DNA of 64,000 nucleotides from contig OX597834.1 of NCBI GenBank assembly GCA_951406725.2, positions 27,404,001-27,468,000 on the forward strand, given 5' to 3'. This DNA is from Octopus vulgaris. Taxonomy: Eukaryota. The stretch's first letter is position 1, and each line of letters starts with the position of its first letter. The notes below the pieces were generated by a model, which saw only the letters and a program-made list of their open reading frames with translations, had not been told where the DNA came from and did no database searches. A program made the position numbers and the translations under genes. This document shows positions 56,353 to 64,000 of this stretch, piece after piece.

Positions 56353-56423
<71 letters not shown>

Positions 56424-56839
56424 TAATAAAGTGAAATAGAACCACTGCCTGTGTTTATTGGCATAATGACACTCCTACCGCTTCAACTTGTTTCCATCGA
56501 GTCTCTTGCAAACCAAACACAAGAGCAATACAAAGCTTTTTATTTTTTAATAAGTATTCTCTCTCTCTGTATATCAGAATATATTTAGACACAGTTTTTA
56601 TTTGCCCTCACTAAACTTTTGCACCTCACCAGCGCTATTTCATGTAACAGAGAAAGTTCTGTATAGTATCTATTTGAAAATGCAAACATGATATTTCCAT
56701 TCATCCAGCCATCCATTTTCGCAGCCCAATATTTCTGGGAGAGTCATATAGCCAGAAGCCTTAGTCAACGCCTCCACAAGGTCTAATCACATGATATTTA
56801 ATACTGTGAATTTAATAATCTTTATAATTTCCTACATAA

Positions 56840-57263
56840 TAGGCGTAGGAGTGGCTGTGTGGTAAGTAGCTTGCTTACCAACCACATGGTTCCGGGTTCA
56901 GTCCCACTGCGTGGCACCTTGGGCAAGTGTCTTCTACTATAGTATCGGGCCGACCAAAGCCTTGTGAGTGGATTTGGTAGACGGAAACTGAAAGAAGCCC
57001 GTCGTATATATGTATATATATATATATATGTATGTGTATGTGTGTGTGTTTATGTGTCTGTGTTTGTCCCCCTAGCATTGCTTGACAACCGATGTTAGTG
57101 TGTTTATGTCCCCGTCACTTAGCGGTTCGGCAAAAAGAGAACCGATAGAATAAGTACTGGGCTTACAAAGAATAAGTCCCGGGGTCGAGTTGCTCGACTA
57201 AAGGCGGTGCTCCAGCATGGCCGCAGTCAAATGACTGAAACAAGTAAAAGAGTAAAAGAGTAA
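56840..57263 (+). mobile_element. SINE family B
   Basis: Full copy ending (GTAAAAGA)n. Confidence 0.92.
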
Positions 57264-57902
57264 TATTCTCTTTTCAAGGCGGCGAGCAGGAAGAATTGTT
57301 ACCAAGCCGAACAATATACTTAGCGGTGTTTCGTCCGCCATTACGTTCTGTGTTAAAATGCCGCTGGGGTCGACTTTGCTGGGGGTTTTTTATACATATC
57401 CTTTGAGTCGTTGTAATCAAGTTAATCTCTTTCTCGAAATTACTGGCCTTGTGCCAAAATTCGAAACCAATATTCTATTACTTTTTTCCATCTTTTTTGT
57501 AAGTTTTGCAAAGCGTGATTTGAAGAATTCTTTGGGTTTTCAATTTAAACATATATTGAAGTCATTTTCTTTCTTTTTTATTTTTGGTATCATGTTCTGC
57601 CAGTCCTACTTTCCTTGTTTATAAGGATTTTGCAAAAGATGTAAATATGTTGTAGCCTGATGAAGCAATGTCTGGGGAATATGGAGATTGCAGAACGTTT
57701 TTTCCCCAACCGAACGATTCCAGAACATTTTTAGTAACGTGAGGTCGTGTATTATTTTGATGTAAAAGAATCCCACCCCTCTGCGAGTTATTTAGGCAGA
57801 ATGTTTTCTATTCAAAGCAATTTTCAAAAGGTGAAGTTGCTGACAGTAGTCTTCAGAAATAAATATTTCATTCGGCCCTAAAAGCTTATAATGAATGGGA
57901 CG

Positions 57903-58287
57903 TGGAAGCACTCCGTCGGTTACGATGACGAGGGTTCCGGTTGATCCGAATCAACGGAACAGCCTGCTCGTGAAATTAACGTGTAAGTGACTGAGCACTC
58001 CACAGACACGTGTACCCTTAACGTAGTTCTCGGGGATATTCAGCGTGACACAGAGAGTGACAAGGCCGGCCCCTTGAAATACAGGTACAACAGAAACAGG
58101 AAGTAAGAGTGAGAGAAAGTTGTGGTGAAAGAGTACAGCAGGGATCACCACCATCCCCTGCCGGAGCCTCGTGGAGCTTTAGGTGTTTTCGCTCAATAAA
58201 CACTCACAACGCCCGGTTTGGGAATCGAAACCACGATCCTATGACCGCGAGTCCGCTGCTCTAACCACTGGGCCATTGCGCCTCCAC
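57903..58287 (-). mobile_element. SINE family C variant 1 with TSD CTTATAATGAAT
   Basis: Matches 18736-19124; duplicated flanks. Confidence 0.92.
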
Positions 58288-58427
58288 TTATAATGAATAA
58301 ATCCTTCCCAATCATCCCAAACACTCAATAAAATTTTCTTTGGTCGATGTTCCCCTCATGGGTGTGGTACAAGTTTTCGATGTGGGTTTAGCCGCTGTCC
58401 GCAGTGCTTAATATTACTGTAGGGGAA

Positions 58428-58800
58428 AAGGCGACGAGCTGACGGAACGGGTAGCTTGCCGGGCGAAATGCCTAGTGGTATTTCGTCTGCGTTACATTGT
58501 GAGTTCAAATTCCCCCGAGGTCGACTTTGTCTTTCATCCTTTCGGGGTCGATAAATTAAGTACCAGTTACGCACTGTAGTCGATGTAATCGACTTAATAC
58601 CTATGTCTGTCCTAGTTTGTCCCCTCTGTGTTTAGCCCCTTGTGGGTAATAAAGAAATAGGTATTTCGTCCCGTCTTTTCGTTCAGAGTTCAAATTTAGC
58701 CGAGATCGACTTTGCCTTTCATTCTTTCGAGGTCGGTTTAAGGGACTTAGCCCCTCCCTCTCTCGAACTTGTTGGCCTCGTTCCAAAATTGAAATCAATA
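58428..58800 (+). mobile_element. SINE family A followed by a second, diverged body unit
   Basis: Junction AAGAAATAGGTATTTCGTC at ~58652. Confidence 0.85.
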
Positions 58801-58939
58801 TTAAAGTAAAGAATCCATTTCTAATCTCTAATCTTGATCCGGTTTAAGAATGATCCTTAGAGGCTACGTGTATGGAGTGATTCACAGCAGTCAAACCCTA
58901 GTAGACAAATTGTATATATACATACATATATACATACAT

Positions 58940-59302
58940 AGCAAATTTTAGATTCAGATGAATATGGTAATTAAGTTAAAGGCACCAGAATTTTGTATGG
59001 TATTATCCATATAAATCAAATAGGGTGATTATAATCAAAATAAGCAACAAGGATATCCAAGGTAGAGTAGTACAATTGTTTCATGCTACTTCATTGTATT
59101 AAACACTGTAAGTATTACATCAGTTTTAAAATGTCGAGCAATCTTCAGCCACATATAGAATTTTTCAATTAAACGGAAAATGGCTGAAGATTGCTCGACA
59201 TTTTAAAACTGATGTAATACTTACAGGGTTTAATACAATGAAGTAGCATGAAACAATTGCACTACTCTTCCTTGGATATCCTTGTTGCTTATTTTGATTA
59301 TA
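58940..59302. mobile_element. PLE-like fragment with 122-bp inverted arms (59030-59151 and 59181-59302)
   Basis: Near-perfect inverted repeat with a 29-bp spacer and TA flanks. Confidence 0.85.
59067..59152 (-). ncRNA. type I hammerhead motif (mirror copy on plus at 59181-59264 has GU>GC at the triplet)
   Basis: GUGG-CUGAAGA-UUGCU...AGCAU-GAAAC AAUU GU-A-CUAC. Confidence 0.7.
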
Positions 59303-60006
59303 TATACATAGATATATACATACATATATACACCCTTAGTCTCTTCTTTCTTGGGAATAGTTATAAAGAAAGAAAAGAATAAACTTGAGAGAATAAGAGA
59401 AGGAGAGAGAGAAGTTGTGTATGTATGCATCTATGTGTGCATGTGTGTGCGCGCGTGTGTGTGAGTGCGTGTACTAAATGTAAACGCCGTCATTCTTTGT
59501 GGTGTAATAGGCAGCCATCCTTTCCTCTCCAACAAAAATAAATAAATGAGTATAAATACATAAAAAAAAACCCGACTGGTTCTGACCTAGAAATGATGTC
59601 AGCAAACCTGGTCATTGAATAAAGCTTACATCAAGCAACATCTAATGTCGTTTTTTTTTTAATCAGTACTGCTGGTTAGAAGAACAAGATTTTCATTTAG
59701 AGAGCCACCTACAACACCGCCGCATGCAGACACCTACACTTCCAATACGACATCCAACATGGCGACGACGATGATGCCGTCAACCACCAAGGCTACCGCT
59801 GCTCCCATAAGCACTATTGCCAGCATCTTCTGTGTCGTCGCCGCCATCTTCAACAACGAGATTTGCTAACAGCAGGTCGGTGGATCTGCAAGCATTGTGA
59901 ACAATTGGAACGGCATAGCTTATGTCATGCAGCAAGCTATTGTCATGCATATAGTGTCGCAGAATATGCGTGCGTGTGCGTATGTGTGTGTATATGTGTC
60001 TACAGA

Positions 60007-60077
<71 letters not shown>

Positions 60078-60125
60078 AAACTAAGGATAAATAGAAGGAA
60101 AGAAGGAGAGAGATAGCAAGATACG

Positions 60126-60169
<44 letters not shown>

Positions 60170-60353
60170 AGGTTACGCATGTGTGTTTGTGTGCGTGTGT
60201 GTGTGTGTATACATGTATATTTAATATATATGCGTACGTGTGTGTGTGTGTGTGTATTGAAATATCAAAAGATACATTTTTATATATAAATACATACAGA
60301 TGTGTGCGTGTATATATATATGTATGTATATGTATATGTATATGTATGTATAG

Positions 60354-60429
<76 letters not shown>

Positions 60430-60440
60430 AAGTATATCTA

Positions 60441-60563
<123 letters not shown>

Positions 60564-60654
60564 ACATATACATATATATGTATGTATGTATGTATGCATG
60601 TATGTATGTATATATGTAAGCACATACGCATGTATGTATGAAGACTTTGTTCAA

Positions 60655-61310
60655 CAGCAAATGAGGGAATGGAATTTGTGACATCACACTCCTGGAAGCT
60701 GTTGGGCAAAGCGCTTACTGGGTTTTTGATGAATAGGCTGATGGAAGATATATACCCTACGATCATCCCTGAATCACAAAGTGGCTTTTCAGATCAGGCA
60801 GAGGAACAATCAACATGATATTTTTCTGCCAGACAGATACAAGGCAAATGCACTGAACAGAAGGTGCCTCTATACCAAGGCTTTCTTGATCTAACGATAG
60901 CTTTTGATACGGATAACGGAGATACGGAGATTCACTGTGGGCAATCCTTGAAAAGGTCGGGTGCTCACCACTGTTTGTCATTATGTTCAATATTATGTTC
61001 TGGGTCATCTTTACTGGAAAAAATTGTCTGACGAAGTTCCGATTGACAATGGAATAAAGCAAGGTGATTGATATTCCTTCTCCCCCATTTTTTTTTTTTT
61101 TTTTTTTGCTATTCTTAGCCGTTCTGCTTACACATGCCATTCCACGACTGTGATAAGGGTTATTCTTTTGCAGTTCAGAACTAATGGAAGAGTCTTCAAC
61201 TTGAGAATGTTCAACTTCAAGTCGGAAACATTTGAAACTTTGATCAGGGAACTCCTTTACGCAGATGATGTTGGCTTCCTGGCTCATACTACTGATCACA
61301 TGCAACAGCG
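60655..61310 (+). pseudogene. RTE-clade LINE reverse transcriptase remnant
   Basis: Frameshifted motifs [44 protein letters not shown]. Confidence 0.9.
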
Positions 61311-61532
61311 GATCATTTTCCTACTTCATTTAGGGCCTGTTGTCTCTTTCTCTGTCTGTCTGTCTGTCTGTTTGTCTCTGTTTCTGTCTCTGCCTCTCTT
61401 TCTCTGTCCTCCCGTGTCTTTCTCTCTCTCTCTCTCACTCTTTCACACGCTCCCAACAAAAGATTTGCTCGTTGGTTATTCTCCGTGTTCGATCAGAGCT
61501 TCTCAAGCATGTAGCTATAATTCAGTTATAAA

Positions 61533-61770
61533 AGGCGGTGAGCTGGCAGAACGGTTAGCACGCCGGGCGAAAATGCCTAGGAGTATTTCGTCTGCCAGTA
61601 CGTTCTGAGTTCAATTTCCGCCGAGGTCGACTTTACCTTTCATCCTTTCGGGGTCGATTAAATAAGTACCAGTTACGCACTGGAGTCGATATAATCGACT
61701 TAATCCGTTTGTCTGTCCTTGTTTGTCCTCTCTGTGTTTAGCCCTTTGTGGGTAGTAAATAAATATGTAT
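61533..61770 (+). mobile_element. SINE family A
   Basis: Full copy. Confidence 0.9.
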
Positions 61771-61944
61771 TCTTTTGGCAACATTTGTGAGTGAAAAAAC
61801 GAACAGATTGGAAAACGTCTTCAATCAGAACAATAACTGATCACCATTCCTGGGTTCGTTCTTCTTTATAATTCGCGGAGCATGGCTAGACAGACAACAG
61901 CAACAACATCACCTAGCATTCTGCAATTACAGATATATTTATAC

Positions 61945-62362
61945 GTCTTTACTCTCTCTTTTACTCTTTTACTTGTTTCAGTCATTTGACTGCGGCCATG
62001 CTGGAGCACCACCTTTAGTCGAGCAAATCGATCCCGGGACTTATTCTTTGTAAGCCCAGTACTTATTCTATCGGTCTCTTTTGCCGAACCGCTAAGTTAC
62101 GGGGACGTAAACACACCAGCATCGGTTGTCAAGCAATGCTAGGGGGACAAAGACAGACACGCAAACACACACATACATACATATATATATATACATATAT
62201 ACGACAGGCTTCTTTCAGTTTCCGTCTACCAAATCCACTCACAAGGCATTGGTCGGCCAGAAGCTATAGTAGAAGACACTTGCCCAAGGTGCTACGCAGT
62301 GGGACTGAACCCGGAACCATGTGGTTGGTTAGCAAGCTACTTACCACACAGCCACTCCTGCC
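61945..62362 (-). mobile_element. SINE family B
   Basis: Full copy. Confidence 0.9.
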
Positions 62363-62796
62363 ACATTTAGTTACATACTTATTGCTATTTTTGTCATTGT
62401 TGTTATTGATTAATCCTAGGTTCAGTCTAACTGAGCAGAAATGTGATCAAATGTATCCCTACCATGGCAATCCTGCTAATTTTTCACAGAGATATATTCT
62501 AACATATTTTCCTGTTTCTTCTTAAGACAGCACGCCGTGTTTATTATGAAAGAAGTTTGACTTCTGTTTCTCGCAGATCGGATGATTTCACAGACGTTCA
62601 TAATTATGCGACTGCTGGTTGTATTACATAATTCTTGAATATAACATATGACAAAGGGAGAGAAGAAGTGTTGGACTGGTAACTGACTTATTTAGCGCCC
62701 CAAGATAACGAAATCGTTGCCAACCATATGATAATTATATTTCTAGATATTTTTTATCCTACACTGTCTCGAGTTCTTTGCATAGTCAATGTATAG

Positions 62797-63020
62797 TTAT
62801 TTCTTTATTGCCCACAAGGGGCTAAACACAGAGAGGACAGACAAACGGATTAAGTCGATTACATCGACCCCAGAGCGTAACTGGTACTTAGTTTATCGAC
62901 CCCGAAAGGATGAAAGGCAAAGTCGACCTCGGCGGAATTTGAACTCAGAACGTAACGGCAGACGAAATACGGCTACTCATTTCGCCCGGCGTGCTAACGT
63001 TTCTGCCAGCTCGCCGCCTT
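62797..63020 (-). mobile_element. SINE family A
   Basis: Full copy. Confidence 0.9.
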
Positions 63021-64000
63021 CTAGTTAATGTATATTGTGGTCAATCTGTTCGACTAAACTCTTCAAGGCGATGCTGCAGCATGGCCACAGTCTGATGAAC
63101 TTTATTTAATTTATTCCATTCGTCTATGTCACCACTCCCTAATCCACAAATTATCACAAGTGGATCCCTTAAAATTTACATGTTCCAGTATTGTTAACTG
63201 TCACTATGTGTGCATCTGAAATTACATAAAACGTTGCGCTCACCAAATAAATTATGTTAATATCGACCATGTTAGTATATTAGCATATTAATTAGTTAAT
63301 TCATAAAGCTTGCCAATCATTGCACTACATACACCTCTACCCTCCAGGTTAATCTAGATTTCGGAGTTTGTAAGCAGAGAATTATCCTTGACGGTAATGA
63401 TATTTTTTCATTACAGCTGTAATTTTAACAGGTTACGTTTGTTCTTCAGATTTTTACTCAGAAAGGTAAAGAAGTACTCATGACCCTTTAAAGGCCTTAA
63501 ATGGGTTTCTGTGTGGGCGGGATCAAGGTATCCTAAAACCAGAGACCTGGCCAGAGTGCTTAAAATATAAAAAATATTCAGGACAATAGGTGGTGGGTTA
63601 AACTGATCTATGTGTTAAGTCTACCAACCTTGTAGGCTGTGGCAGGATTTGAACTCAGAACGCAAAGAAGAACAGAAAATATCACAAAGAATCCCGACCG
63701 ACGTTATTGTACTTCTACTAATCCATTGCTCTTCTTGGAATTATTTTTACTAATACTAATAACGAATAAAAGGTAAAATGATCACAGTGGGATTTGAACT
63801 GACAGCGTCGAGTTTCAGCATAATTTCCGCCAGACATTCTCTCCGACGCTCTCATGACTCTACCAATTCACGTCTCTCTATCTGTATCACATGCATCAAC
63901 CCGAACTTAACTGGTTGCTTTTCAAGCAGATGGCGATCCTGGCGTTTTTTTTTTTTCGGGTGTTGAAACATGTGGTAACATATTGAGATAGACAGTACTC

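Overview
Eukaryotic, AT-rich, repeat-saturated DNA with no recognisable host protein-coding exon. The SINE repertoire and microsatellite density point to a cephalopod (Octopus-like) intron or intergenic region; this is inferred from pattern recognition, not from a search. Almost all supplied ORFs are artefacts of (TA)n, (TG)n, (TATG)n, (TATC)n, (AAT)n, (GAA)n and (ACC)n tracts or of SINE text. The window holds about 50 copies of 3-4 tRNA-derived SINE families (called A, B, C and D here), a decayed mariner transposase, two RTE-clade and two R4/Dong-clade LINE remnants, and two hAT MITEs with 8-bp TSDs. It also holds many short Penelope-like (PLE) fragments, mostly in (TA)n tracts. These carry minimal type I hammerhead ribozyme (HHR) motifs, at least one apparently intact (12301-12387), and often fold back as inverted repeats. 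Other notable signals are 184-bp SINE multimers with the same junction at independent loci, 42-50 bp target duplications, a SINE that captured flanking DNA, and a double CRE site embedded in a ~70-nt hairpin at 51.7 kb. Boundaries of degenerate repeats are approximate (+/-10-20 bp).
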